Shown: positions 10,186 to 20,502 of the stretch, piece by piece
Numbering within the stretch: the first letter of the stretch is position 1
Layout of the letters: each line of letters begins with the position of its first letter
Assembly (NCBI GenBank): GCA_015163855.1
Contig: JAAOIK010000007.1
Coordinates: forward strand, 28,824 to 92,823
Source of the DNA: Pseudobdellovibrionaceae bacterium
Lineage (GTDB): Bacteria; Bdellovibrionota; Bdellovibrionia; Bdellovibrionales; UBA1609
Direction of reading: 5' to 3'
Length of the DNA stretch: 64,000 bases
Program-made: the position numbers and the translations under genes
The notes under the pieces: generated by a model
What the model saw: only the letters and a program-made list of their open reading frames with translations
What the model was told of the DNA's origin: nothing
The model's database searches: none

Positions 10186-10980
10186 ATGATTGAAGAAAAT
10201 ACATTTTTAAACTTCTCAGTTTTCACTATCCCCGTATTAAAAGATAATTATGTTTTTGTAATAAAAGCACATAAAACTACAGAAAATCTTACAGATACTT
10301 GGGTAATAGACCCCGCCCTAGCTAAACCCGTTATTGAGTTTCTACAAACTAAGAAGTGGTCATTAAATGCTATTGTTAATACTCATCATCATGAGGATCA
10401 TACGGGAGGTAACTTAGAGCTAAAAACCCATTATAATGCCTCCATACTAGCCCCTCAAAATGACCCCATTGTAGCCGATCAAAAATTATCACAAAATAGT
10501 AATCTGCATTTTGCAAAAGAACCCGTGCAGATTATAGAAGTTCCTGGACACACCTTAGGACATATTGTGTATTATTTTGCAGAATCGAAAGTGGCCTTTG
10601 TGGGAGATTGTTTATTCTCTTTAGGTTGTGGAAGACTATTTGAAGGTAGCCCAAAACAAATGTTAAGTGCCTTAAATAAAATTGCACAACTTCCTGATGA
10701 TACAAGCATTTTTTGTGCTCATGAATACAGTTTAGCCAATGCTAAATTTGCGCTGCAGGCTGACCCCGAAAACTTGGCCTTACAAAAAAAAATCACGCAA
10801 ATACAAAATTTACGCAAGCAAAATAAATTTACCATTCCCTTTAATCTTGGTTTAGAAAAACAATGTAACCCTTTTTTAAGAAGTGACTCTGTTGCTATTA
10901 AAAAATATTTACATTTACCAAACTCCTGCTCCACAGAGGAAAGCTTTGCAAAGCTGAGAAAATTAAAAGATACTTTTTAG
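10186..10980 (+). CDS. gloB: Metallo-beta-lactamase fold hydrolase, hydroxyacylglutathione hydrolase (glyoxalase II)-like
   Basis: NTHHHEDHTGGN, VPGHTLGHIVYY, FVGDCLFSLGCGRLFEG, CAHEYSLANAKFAL. Confidence 0.85.
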   Translation: MIEENTFLNFSVFTIPVLKDNYVFVIKAHKTTENLTDTWVIDPALAKPVIEFLQTKKWSLNAIVNTHHHEDHTGGNLELKTHYNASILAPQNDPIVADQKLSQNSNLHFAKEPVQIIEVPGHTLGHIVYYFAESKVAFVGDCLFSLGCGRLFEGSPKQMLSALNKIAQLPDDTSIFCAHEYSLANAKFALQADPENLALQKKITQIQNLRKQNKFTIPFNLGLEKQCNPFLRSDSVAIKKYLHLPNSCSTEESFAKLRKLKDTF

Positions 10981-11004
10981 TAGTAAGTGCATGGTTTTAA
11001 CCAT

Positions 11005-12105
11005 CTAATTATTTAAAAAATCTAAGTTGAAAGCTTCATTAATGTCAAAAAAACTTGGCAAATCTAAAGATCCTGTATTTGATGAGGCCCCACCATTACG
11101 CTCAATGGAACCATTGGCCCCATCCTCAATAATGTATCTTCCGTTTCCAGATACCGCAGAATTAATACAAGTTTCCTCTCTTAAAGGACATTGATCATAT
11201 TTTAGATTAACTGTTTTACGACCACTGCTTTCACCGACTACACTTCCAGAAATAGTAATCACTTTTAAATTATCAGACTGAGCTCCAGTCTTTATATTAG
11301 TAACCCATTGAGGCCTAATTAAGCGAGCAGTTAACTCTGCACGATTTTCTCTTAATTTACCAACAACAGTTACTGTGTATCTTTTTTCCCCTTGAGGATT
11401 GCTTCCTGTTTTATAGCTAGTAATATCAATAGAGTCGGCATTAATAATTGCGTTAATGGCTTCTTTATGAGTGGATCCATCACTATTGATTTGTATAAAA
11501 ACCGTTCTAACAATCATTCTATTGGTTTCTTGTTTCCAGCCAACAAAAGTCTTGATATCTTCATTAGCACTCGCGTGAATCCATGATTTCTTTTCCTCTG
11601 TATCATCCTTTAATTTTAAAGGCAGACTACTATAAACTTTATATTTTATTTCTAGTGCTTTTACCCATAAATTTTGCCAAAGGCCATAAAAAACAAGCCC
11701 TGCACTTGCGCGCTTTTCTTCACTTATCCCCAACTGTAATAAAGTATTATAATTAATGCCGTTATGATTTTTAGACTGAAAAGTTTGCAGAGCTGCATAG
11801 TGTTCTTTTCTAAACTGAGTGGCTACAGAACTGGAAAAATTACCTTGATTAGGTTTAGTAATGCCTCGAAAAAAGTTAGAAACTAAAGGAGTAACTGCCG
11901 CATAGACAGGTTCAATGAGTAAGTTTTTCCAAGAAAAGGTTTTTTCTATTTTTTGAGGATGATAGCCAATATCTCGATTATTTTTTAAATTGTTAGGGTT
12001 CCCTAAAGATAAACTAACTGCAGAAAGCACAATACCACTTCCCCTGCCAGAAGAACCACAAGAGCTTAAAAATATACAAAGTGCCATTAACCCTAATATT
12101 TTCAC
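11005..12105 (-). CDS. Putative lipoprotein of unknown function
   Basis: GTG start with lipobox-like MKILGLMALCIFLSSCG. By my reading of the sequence (CAC at 12103-12105, CTA stop at 11005-11007) the gene is on the minus strand. Confidence 0.75.
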   Translation of the reverse strand: MKILGLMALCIFLSSCGSSGRGSGIVLSAVSLSLGNPNNLKNNRDIGYHPQKIEKTFSWKNLLIEPVYAAVTPLVSNFFRGITKPNQGNFSSSVATQFRKEHYAALQTFQSKNHNGINYNTLLQLGISEEKRASAGLVFYGLWQNLWVKALEIKYKVYSSLPLKLKDDTEEKKSWIHASANEDIKTFVGWKQETNRMIVRTVFIQINSDGSTHKEAINAIINADSIDITSYKTGSNPQGEKRYTVTVVGKLRENRAELTARLIRPQWVTNIKTGAQSDNLKVITISGSVVGESSGRKTVNLKYDQCPLREETCINSAVSGNGRYIIEDGANGSIERNGGASSNTGSLDLPSFFDINEAFNLDFLNN

Positions 12106-12298
12106 TTCCCTCTCCTTTTTTATACAAAAGTATTTACTGCAAAACTATTATAAACTATTCGTCATACAGCGAAAATTTCTTAAATCCCTGTTATTTCTTG
12201 TAAATCTTAAAAAATCCACAAGAAATAGATAAAAAGAGCCTTGTCATTACTACTCTTTTATACTAAAAAATAAGATAGATATTGGTACTTTAACAGGA

Positions 12299-12487
12299 GT
12301 GGCTATGGCTAAGAAGAAGGGTAAAGTTAGAATTATTACATTAGAATGTACAGAAGCTCGTAAATTAGGAGAAACTCCCTCGCGATATACCTCTACTAAA
12401 AATGTACAAAATCATCCAGAAAGAATAGAACTTAAAAAATACAATCCTTTTATGAAAAAACATACCCTTCATAAAGAGATAAAATAA
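12299..12487 (+). CDS. rpmG: 50S ribosomal protein L33
   Basis: [60 protein letters not shown]. Confidence 0.95.
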   Translation: MAMAKKKGKVRIITLECTEARKLGETPSRYTSTKNVQNHPERIELKKYNPFMKKHTLHKEIK

Positions 12488-13377
12488 AAGTTCTACTAAG
12501 CCTCTCTTACGATGGTAGCCTTTTTAAAGGTTGGCAAAAGCAATTGCAAGAAGCTTCTGTGCAAGAAACTTTAGAAAAGCTTTTATCTAATTTATTTAAA
12601 GAAAGCATTTCCCTACAAAGCTCTGGACGAACCGATGCAGGGGTGCATGCCTTTAACCAAATTGCCCATTTTTCATTACCAAAAATGATTTCTCTTTCTT
12701 GTGATTTTCCAGATTTATCGAAATTTCAAAAAGTAGAAAATACCAATGCTTTTAAAATTTTGTTAAACTTACTAAAAGTTGCCAAAAAAAAATGCCCTAA
12801 AAATATTCAAATTAAAAAGGCTTTTTTAGTCGATGATGATTTTCATGCACTACGGTCTGCTGTGGATAAAACTTATACTTATTTTATTAGTTCTGAAACC
12901 ACCCCCTTTAACTCGTCGCAAATTTATAATATTGGCGTAGAAAGTTTTACCTATTTAAAAAAAAATATACATATCCTTCAACAATTAGCCGCGACTTTAA
13001 TAGGCGAAAAGGATTTTAAAAGCTTTCAAAACACAGGCACACCCGTAAAAAACACGGTTCGAAACATTTTTGAAAGCTCGTGGCAAATACAGAAAACAAC
13101 ACCCCCTCAAATAGCACCCATTTCTCTTTTAGGAGCTCCTGCTGAGTATCTGGAATTTAATATCACTGGAAATGGATTTTTAAAACAAATGGTACGCAAT
13201 ATTGTAGGCTGCCAACTCTACTTGATACAGAAAAAATCAGAGCCCCTAAAGCACTTGCAAAGCATTATTGAACAAGCAAGTACGCAAAAAATCTTTGCCC
13301 CTGCCCCTCCTCAAGGCCTATATTTACGCAAAATTAACTACCCTGCATCCCTTGACAAATTCCCCTTAAAAATTTAG
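12484..13377 (+). CDS. truA: tRNA pseudouridine synthase A; proposed non-canonical ATA start at 12484
   Basis: Reading upstream of the track's TTG start (12544) gives [24 protein letters not shown], the conserved TruA N-terminus. Catalytic [14 protein letters not shown] is downstream. No in-frame ATG/GTG/TTG exists between the stop at 12472 and this motif. Confidence 0.9.
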   Translation: MKVLLSLSYDGSLFKGWQKQLQEASVQETLEKLLSNLFKESISLQSSGRTDAGVHAFNQIAHFSLPKMISLSCDFPDLSKFQKVENTNAFKILLNLLKVAKKKCPKNIQIKKAFLVDDDFHALRSAVDKTYTYFISSETTPFNSSQIYNIGVESFTYLKKNIHILQQLAATLIGEKDFKSFQNTGTPVKNTVRNIFESSWQIQKTTPPQIAPISLLGAPAEYLEFNITGNGFLKQMVRNIVGCQLYLIQKKSEPLKHLQSIIEQASTQKIFAPAPPQGLYLRKINYPASLDKFPLKI

Positions 13378-13429
13378 TATTCTTGCGATTAGTAAGACTC
13401 ATATTTAGATACAGAGCCAAGGAAGAGAA

Positions 13430-13861
13430 ATGCACAAAACATGGATGGCCAAAAAAGAAACTACGCAAAGGGAGTGGCGACTAATAGACGCTACCGATCA
13501 AACACTGGGCCGTTTAGCTACCACAGTGGCTAATATTTTGCGTGGAAAAAACAAAGCAGAATATACACCTCATGTAGATGTGGGTGATTTTGTGGTAATT
13601 ATTAATAGTGATAAAATTAGAATGTCTGGTAGAAAATTAGAGCAGAAAAAATACTATCACCACACTGGTTTTTTTGGCGGAATTAAAGAAAAAACAATGA
13701 AAAATATTATGGAAGAAGATTCTACAAAAATTATTATTTCTGCAGTTAAAGGAATGCTTCCTAATAATCGCCTTAATAGTTTAGTGTTAAAAAAATTAAA
13801 TGTTTATAAAGATGACAAACATCCGCATGAGGCACAAAAAGTAACGATTGTTACTTTATAA
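13430..13861 (+). CDS. rplM: 50S ribosomal protein L13
   Basis: REWRLIDATDQTLGRLATTVANILRGKNKAEYTPHVDVGDFVVIIN; VKGMLPNN. Confidence 0.97.
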   Translation: MHKTWMAKKETTQREWRLIDATDQTLGRLATTVANILRGKNKAEYTPHVDVGDFVVIINSDKIRMSGRKLEQKKYYHHTGFFGGIKEKTMKNIMEEDSTKIIISAVKGMLPNNRLNSLVLKKLNVYKDDKHPHEAQKVTIVTL

Positions 13862-13876
13862 TAGGAGAAATTAATA

Positions 13877-14278
13877 ATGGCAAAATCCACAACACCTGTT
13901 TATTATGCTGGCGGAAGTCGTAAAACTAGTCATGCTCGTATTTTTTTAAAAGCGGGAACAGGAAAAATTACTGTTAACAAAAAATCTCCAGAAGATTACT
14001 TTAAATCTAAAATTTATTTTAATGCTTTATTTTCTCCTTTTCAGGTTACTAAAACAGAAAGCCAGTGGGATGCTTATATCACGGTAAAAGGTGGCGGAAG
14101 TACTGGTCAATTAGAAGCCATTCGTCACGGAATTTCTAGAGCTTTAGTAATTGCAGAAGAGTCTTACAAAGCCAGTTTAAAATCGGCAGGGTTTTTAACT
14201 CGTGACTCCAGAATGGTTGAGCGTAAAAAATACGGACTACATAAAGCCCGTAAGAGCACTCAGTTCTCTAAACGCTAA
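13877..14278 (+). CDS. rpsI: 30S ribosomal protein S9
   Basis: YYAGGSRKTSHARIFLKAGTG, GGGSTGQLEAIRHGISRAL, C-terminal RDSRMVERKKYGLHKARKSTQFSKR. Confidence 0.98.
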   Translation: MAKSTTPVYYAGGSRKTSHARIFLKAGTGKITVNKKSPEDYFKSKIYFNALFSPFQVTKTESQWDAYITVKGGGSTGQLEAIRHGISRALVIAEESYKASLKSAGFLTRDSRMVERKKYGLHKARKSTQFSKR

Positions 14279-14332
14279 TTCTTATTACTTTATAGTTATT
14301 ACTTTTTTTGACTAAAATTCAAAGTTAAAAAG

Positions 14333-16141
14333 TTATTTTTTAAATCGCTTTCTTTCGTTTTCTGTTAACAGTTTTTTACGAATGCGAATGGAGGTGGGTG
14401 TTACCTCTACTAATTCATCATCATTAACAAATTCTACAGCTTGTTCTAAACTAAATTTTATAGGTGGAGTTAAAATAGTATTTTCATCTGTTCCTGCAGA
14501 GCGCATATTTGTTAACTGTTTTCCTTTCATGGGGTTAACCACTAAATCATTATCACGAGCATGAATACCAATGATCATACCTTCGTAAACTTGCGTAGCA
14601 TGATCAATTAATAACTTACCTCGGTTTTGTAAATTAAATAACATATAGGCTAAGGCTTTTCCTTGGCCCATAGAAATTAATACACCATTTAATCTTTGTC
14701 CCACATTATTTTTTTTCATTTCACCATAATGAGAAAACAGGCTGTATATTAAACCAGAGCCTTGAGTTAAAGTTAAAAAGTCTGTACGAAATCCAATTAA
14801 CCCTCGCGCAGGCATTAAATATTCTAGTCGAATACGCCCTTTTCCATCGGGAGACATATTTTTTAATTCCCCTCCCCGTTCTCCTAATTTTTCAATAACA
14901 GAACCTTGGTGTTGCTCTTCAATATCTACGGTGACATCTTCATAGGGCTCTAAGGTTTTATCTCCCTCTTTTTTTAAAATAACCTCGGGGCGAGAAACAC
15001 CTAGCTCAAAACCTTCTCTTCTCATGGTTTCAATTAAAATACCCAAATGAAGCTCACCACGACCAGACACTCTAAATTTATTAGGGTCTTCAGTAGTTTC
15101 TACTCTTAATGCCACATTATGAATTAACTCTTTATCAAGCCTTTCACTAATTTGACGGCTAGTTAAAAGCTTTCCCTCTTGCCCAGCAAAAGGAGATGTA
15201 TTGACCTGAAAGGTCATGCTTACTGTGGGTTCATCCACAGATAAAGCCGGTAAAGCCTCTACCTGATTAGGGTCACATAAAGTATCTGATATACTTAAGG
15301 TTTCAACACCACTAAAGGTAATAATATCTCCAGCAGTAGCCTCTGTGGCTTCTATTTTTTCTAAACCCATAAAGCCCATAATTTTTAAAATACGACCACT
15401 TCTTGTTTTTCCTTCTTTATCTATAATTGTAACAGGTGTATTTATTTTAATTTTTCCTCTAGCAACCCTGCCAATACCAATAACACCAACATAGCTACTA
15501 TAATCTAAGGCACTTACTTGTAACTGAAAGGGGCCATTGACATCTACCTTTGGTGCAGAAACATTTTCAACAATAGCTTTAAACAATGGTTGCATGTCAC
15601 CACTAGAAACTCCCTCCTCTAAACTAGAAAAACCATTTAAAGCAGAAGCATATACTATGGGAAAGTCTAATTGTTCATCTGTGGCTTCTAGATTAGAAAA
15701 TAAATCAAAGGTTTGATCTACCACCCAAGCCGGTCGCGCACTAGGCCTGTCTACTTTATTAATAACCACAATAGGTTTTAAACCTAAGGCTAAGGCTTTT
15801 TTAGTAACAAAGCGTGTTTGGGGCATTGGGCCATCAACAGCATCTACTAAAAGTAAAACCGAGTCTACCATGGACAAAACCCTTTCCACTTCGCCTCCAA
15901 AATCGGCATGGCCCGGAGTATCTACAATATTAATATGGTAATCTTTCCATTTAATAGCTGTGTTTTTTGCTAAAATAGTAATGCCTCTTTCTTTTTCTAA
16001 GTCATTAGAGTCCATAAGCCGTTCATTAGAAGGGCCTCGGTCGCCCAAAGTTCCTGACTGTTGTAAAAGTTTATCTACTAAAGTGGTTTTTCCATGGTCC
16101 ACATGGGCAATAATGGCTATGTTTCTTAATTTTTCTATCAT
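14333..16141 (-). CDS. typA: Translational GTPase TypA/BipA
   Basis: [66 protein letters not shown]. Confidence 0.97.
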   Translation of the reverse strand: MIEKLRNIAIIAHVDHGKTTLVDKLLQQSGTLGDRGPSNERLMDSNDLEKERGITILAKNTAIKWKDYHINIVDTPGHADFGGEVERVLSMVDSVLLLVDAVDGPMPQTRFVTKKALALGLKPIVVINKVDRPSARPAWVVDQTFDLFSNLEATDEQLDFPIVYASALNGFSSLEEGVSSGDMQPLFKAIVENVSAPKVDVNGPFQLQVSALDYSSYVGVIGIGRVARGKIKINTPVTIIDKEGKTRSGRILKIMGFMGLEKIEATEATAGDIITFSGVETLSISDTLCDPNQVEALPALSVDEPTVSMTFQVNTSPFAGQEGKLLTSRQISERLDKELIHNVALRVETTEDPNKFRVSGRGELHLGILIETMRREGFELGVSRPEVILKKEGDKTLEPYEDVTVDIEEQHQGSVIEKLGERGGELKNMSPDGKGRIRLEYLMPARGLIGFRTDFLTLTQGSGLIYSLFSHYGEMKKNNVGQRLNGVLISMGQGKALAYMLFNLQNRGKLLIDHATQVYEGMIIGIHARDNDLVVNPMKGKQLTNMRSAGTDENTILTPPIKFSLEQAVEFVNDDELVEVTPTSIRIRKKLLTENERKRFKK

Positions 16142-17736
16142 GAGGAGGTTTCCTTATTGGTTTTATTCTCTAAAACTTTTTTTATTACTTTTTCTGCTCT
16201 TTGTATTAAATTTTTGACAGAGATTAAAGGCACTAATTCTTTTAACTCTGCTCCATGAGGTTTGCCAATAACTGCTACTCGAATAGGCATAAATAAATGT
16301 TTACCTTTAACTTGGCAAGTTTCTTTTATTTGATTTTGTATACTAATAAATTCTTCTGTTGTTAAGCAAAAATGTTTTTGCTCTTCTGTCTCTTCTGTGG
16401 GGAGGTTACTGTCCTGTAACTGCTGCTTTAACTGTGCTACCCAAGCTTTTAATACGGTTTTAGTTTCTGGAAAGTTTAATACCTCTTGGCTCTCTTTTAA
16501 AATCTCTAGAGGGAAAAAAATTAATTTTAAAAGTTCCATTGCCTCTTTTAAAGTTTTAGCTGATGAACAAAAGCCTGTAATTTTTTCTCCTAAAGAGTCA
16601 GTAAAATACTCCTGCACACTGTTATCCTTTAGCAAGTTAGTAAAAAGTGCGTAGTCCAATAATCGCTCGCGTAGATTATCTAAACTCATGGCTTTCATAT
16701 ACTCCCCATTCATCCAAAGTAATTTTTTAGTGTCAAAAACGGCGGGTGCTGAGTTTAGGCGCTTTAAATCAAAAACTTTAGCAGCGTCTTTTAAAGTAAA
16801 AATTTCTTTAGCTTCAGGGTGAGACCAGCCTAGTAAACATAAAAAGTTTACCAAAGCTTCGGGTAAATAACCTTCTTTTAAATAGTCTTCCACCGAAGTG
16901 GCACCGTGCCTTTTGCTTAACTTTTTTTTATCTTCTCCTAAAATTAAAGACATGTGAGCAAACCGAGGAATAGTAAATTTTAAGGCTTCATAAATCATTA
17001 ACTGCCTTAAGGTGTTACTTAAATGCTCTTCGGCCCTAAGCACATGAGTAATCTTCATTAAAGCATCATCGACTACACAACAAAAATTATATACAGGCAT
17101 ACCATTGGAGCGTTGAATAACAAAATCTCCCACCATTTCAGAAGGAAGTGTAACTTTGCCTCGAACCAAATCTTCAATTATGTACTCGGGTTTTACTGAA
17201 CTAGTATTAAATCGAACGCTTGGTTTTTGTCCTTGCTGTATTTTTTCTTGTGATTGTGCAATTTTTATTTTTGCGTCTTCTAAATTTTTAGGCCTGTAAG
17301 GACTAATAATTTGCTGAGTACTTTTATTTTTTTTTGCTAAATCTTTTTGTATATCAATTTCTTCATCCGTTAAAAAACAATAGTATGCCAAACCCTTAGC
17401 TAATAAAATATTTACATATTCTTGATAAATATCTAGTCGATCACTTTGCCTGTAAGGGCCTAGATCTCCTTTTTCACTAAGCTTGTTATCATTAAAAAAT
17501 ACCCCTTCGTTAGAAATTATTCCAAGGTTTTTTAAATCCTGTAATTGAGATTTTAAAAAAACCTCACTGCTTCGTTCTTTATCGGTATCTTCTACTCGCA
17601 ATAAAAATTGAGCGTCTATACCCTTTTCCTTTTGAGATTTTGCAAATAAATAATTAAATAAAGCTGTTCTTGCCCCTCCCACATGTAAATGTCCTGTAGG
17701 ACTGGGTGCAAATCTTACCCGCACAGTATTACTCAT
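16138..17736 (-). CDS. gltX: Glutamyl-tRNA synthetase
   Basis: RFAPSPTGHLHVGGARTALFNYLFA; KLSKRHGATSVEDYL; ATGA overlap with typA. Confidence 0.97.
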   Translation of the reverse strand: MSNTVRVRFAPSPTGHLHVGGARTALFNYLFAKSQKEKGIDAQFLLRVEDTDKERSSEVFLKSQLQDLKNLGIISNEGVFFNDNKLSEKGDLGPYRQSDRLDIYQEYVNILLAKGLAYYCFLTDEEIDIQKDLAKKNKSTQQIISPYRPKNLEDAKIKIAQSQEKIQQGQKPSVRFNTSSVKPEYIIEDLVRGKVTLPSEMVGDFVIQRSNGMPVYNFCCVVDDALMKITHVLRAEEHLSNTLRQLMIYEALKFTIPRFAHMSLILGEDKKKLSKRHGATSVEDYLKEGYLPEALVNFLCLLGWSHPEAKEIFTLKDAAKVFDLKRLNSAPAVFDTKKLLWMNGEYMKAMSLDNLRERLLDYALFTNLLKDNSVQEYFTDSLGEKITGFCSSAKTLKEAMELLKLIFFPLEILKESQEVLNFPETKTVLKAWVAQLKQQLQDSNLPTEETEEQKHFCLTTEEFISIQNQIKETCQVKGKHLFMPIRVAVIGKPHGAELKELVPLISVKNLIQRAEKVIKKVLENKTNKETSS

Positions 17737-17737
17737 T

Positions 17738-19393
17738 TTAAGACTCGATTTCGTGTTTAATATAATATAATGGATTAATCATCAACTCTGCAATATGACG
17801 ATATTCTGACAAAATATCAAGATAAATATTGGTTAAATTAATGTTCAACTTTTCGCCCTCTTCTTTGCGACAATTATTAATATGCTCCACTCTAAAAGTG
17901 TATTCTGCCTGGCGAATAGCCTCTTTTCGCTTCTTTAACTCTTTTAAAATACTAAGCTCTTTAGAGTCAAAGTAGGTCATAGATAACACTACAATATCGG
18001 CTACCGCATTTTGTAATTTTACTAAATTTTTTTGATCTAGCTCTGAAAATTGAATATGTAATTTTTGCTTTTTAACCGCTAGTTTTACTAAATTTTTATC
18101 CACAGAATCAGCGGCACTTTCCACATCTGATGAAAAGGAAATAGCCTGTAGAATATTAATTTTTTCTATATCTGCTTCTCCTGCCTCTTCACTGTCTTTA
18201 CTAGATCTTTCTATTAAAGCCAATAAAAAGCGATTAATTTCTGCACACAACAGGTCGACATTGTTATCCCCTTCTTTAATTTTAAAAAATGCTTTTTTCT
18301 CCCCTGTATCAAATAAAAATAATGAACGACTCAACATACTTCCCATAATATCACCCATACGCAAAATTTCTCTTTTTGCCTGGGTAAAGGCTACGGCAGT
18401 ACTTAAATTTTTAATATCTTTAAAAGAAAAATATTTTACTCCAAATTTTCCTATACTTTTGGGTTTAGGAATTAAATATTCAATAATCGCTACAGCATAG
18501 TTTATAAATGGGTAAAAAATAATTACACTAATAGTATTAAAAAGCGTATGAAAGTGAGCAACACCTCTAATATTAGAAAAACTATCAGCGATTAAAGGTA
18601 AAATAAATGGCGTTAAAAAAAAGAAAAGCCCCACGCTAATGGTTTTAAATAAAAAATGCGCCCAAGCTACTCTTTTACCAATATAATTACCCGATACAGC
18701 AGATAAAATAGCCGTAGCTGTAGTTCCGATATTGGCTCCATACACCCAGTAAATGCAATGCTCTAAAGAAAAATAACCTGCCGACATTAAACTAATGGCG
18801 ATCCCAATAGTTACCACACTGCTTTGTACTACGGCAGTAAAAGCTGCAGCAATAAGCAATGTAAGAATAGGACTATCTATAAAAAAATGTAAAAATTTAA
18901 TAAACAACTCTGCATCTTTTAAGTGAGTACTTCCCAAACTAATAAGCTCTAACCCAAAAAACATTAAACCAAAACCAAAACAGATACGAAAAAATCTTTT
19001 CATTTTTTTCGTTTTTATAAAAAAATAAGAAAATAAATAAAAAACAGAAAATAGTGCTAAACCAAAATTAGAAATTTTAAAACTTAAAATTTGTACAATA
19101 AAAGTACTACCAATAGCCGAACCTAAAATAATTCCCATGACTTGAAATAAAGTTAAAACACTAGAGGAGCCTAAACTCACCAACATAGAAACCACTGCCG
19201 CAGAGCTTTGAATACTAAAGGCTAATAGTATTCCAAAAAATACTCCATAAATAGGCTTGTTAGACATTTTAGATAATAGCCTTTGTATTAAATCTCCTGA
19301 TATTTTTTGCAAATTTTGACTAATGGTTTTTAAACCATATAAAAAAAAGGCTAAACCTGCTAAAGTATAAATAAAAGCCGTGTGTGCTAGCAT
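17738..19393 (-). CDS. Na/Pi cotransporter family protein with C-terminal PhoU-like region
   Basis: GLAFFLYGLKTISQNLQKISGD, two QSSAAV/QSSVVTIGIA-type repeats, GANIGTTATAIL. Confidence 0.9.
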   Translation of the reverse strand: MLAHTAFIYTLAGLAFFLYGLKTISQNLQKISGDLIQRLLSKMSNKPIYGVFFGILLAFSIQSSAAVVSMLVSLGSSSVLTLFQVMGIILGSAIGSTFIVQILSFKISNFGLALFSVFYLFSYFFIKTKKMKRFFRICFGFGLMFFGLELISLGSTHLKDAELFIKFLHFFIDSPILTLLIAAAFTAVVQSSVVTIGIAISLMSAGYFSLEHCIYWVYGANIGTTATAILSAVSGNYIGKRVAWAHFLFKTISVGLFFFLTPFILPLIADSFSNIRGVAHFHTLFNTISVIIFYPFINYAVAIIEYLIPKPKSIGKFGVKYFSFKDIKNLSTAVAFTQAKREILRMGDIMGSMLSRSLFLFDTGEKKAFFKIKEGDNNVDLLCAEINRFLLALIERSSKDSEEAGEADIEKINILQAISFSSDVESAADSVDKNLVKLAVKKQKLHIQFSELDQKNLVKLQNAVADIVVLSMTYFDSKELSILKELKKRKEAIRQAEYTFRVEHINNCRKEEGEKLNINLTNIYLDILSEYRHIAELMINPLYYIKHEIES

Positions 19394-19397
19394 AGCA

Positions 19398-20498
19398 TTA
19401 CTCCTCGTTTCCCATTAATGCAGATACAAACTGCTTAGGGGCAAATACTTGAATGTCTTTTAAAGACTCCCCCATACCTAAAAACAAAACGGGCAAGTGT
19501 AAATCTTTAGCTAAACTAATTGCTACTCCACCCTTAGAACTGCCATCTAATTTTGTTAAAAGTACCCCTGTAATATTTAATTTGCGGTGAAAGTTTTCTG
19601 CTTGCACACAGGCATTTTGACCCGAATTAGCATCTAAAACTAAAAAAGACTCTTGAGGAGATTGTGGTAATAATTTTTTTACTACTTTTTTAATTTTTTC
19701 TAATTCATTCATTAAGTTCGATTGTGTGTGCAATCTTCCCGCAGTATCAATTAACACTAAATCATAATTTTGTGCCTTAGCTTTTTGGCAAGCATTATAA
19801 GCTACCGCAGAAGGGTCTTTCATATCCTCGGGAGCAAAAATACATACACCCGCTTGCTTACTCCACTGTACTAGTTGTTCTTGTGCTGCCGCTCTAAAAG
19901 TATCTGCAGAAGCCATTAATACCTTATAGCCTTTTTGATGAGCCATATAAGCCAATTTACCAATGGAGGTGGTTTTCCCTGCACCATTTACCCCTGAAAT
20001 TAACCAAACTACTGGGTCTTTTCTTTCGGGTGCATCTAAAGCCGTCCAAACAGTATTTGCATCTCTGTAAGCTAAATTTAACACATTTAACATTTCTAAT
20101 TTTAAAGAGGATAACAATACAGGATAAGTTAAATTATCTTTTTTTTGAATTTTTTCTAAAAAATAATGAGCGGTTTTAGGGCCTAAGTCACTGCCATAAA
20201 GTAACTCCTCTAAAGACTCCATATCTTCATCATTTAAAACCTGTGTTTTGCTAGAAAATATTTTTAACTTATCCGACCATGAACTTCGTGATTTTTCTAA
20301 AATAGAAAACAGGTCTTGATTTTTATTAAAAGTCACAGCTTCTTTGGAAGGTTTTGCTGTAAATTGTTTTTTTAAAGTGGCTTTGCTGTTTTTAAAAAAA
20401 GAGCTTTTTACTTTTGGGTATAATAAAAAAAAGAAAAGCAACAAAATTACCACAGCCACTAACAAAGGCCATTGTTGCACCAACCATTGCATATTCAT
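19398..20498 (-). CDS. ftsY: Signal recognition particle receptor FtsY
   Basis: SRP GTPase motifs GVNGAGKTTSIGKLA, DTAGRLHTQSNLM, TKLDGSSKGGVAI; N-terminal TM segment. Confidence 0.96.
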   Translation of the reverse strand: MNMQWLVQQWPLLVAVVILLLFFFLLYPKVKSSFFKNSKATLKKQFTAKPSKEAVTFNKNQDLFSILEKSRSSWSDKLKIFSSKTQVLNDEDMESLEELLYGSDLGPKTAHYFLEKIQKKDNLTYPVLLSSLKLEMLNVLNLAYRDANTVWTALDAPERKDPVVWLISGVNGAGKTTSIGKLAYMAHQKGYKVLMASADTFRAAAQEQLVQWSKQAGVCIFAPEDMKDPSAVAYNACQKAKAQNYDLVLIDTAGRLHTQSNLMNELEKIKKVVKKLLPQSPQESFLVLDANSGQNACVQAENFHRKLNITGVLLTKLDGSSKGGVAISLAKDLHLPVLFLGMGESLKDIQVFAPKQFVSALMGNEE

Positions 20499-20502
20499 TA
20501 TA

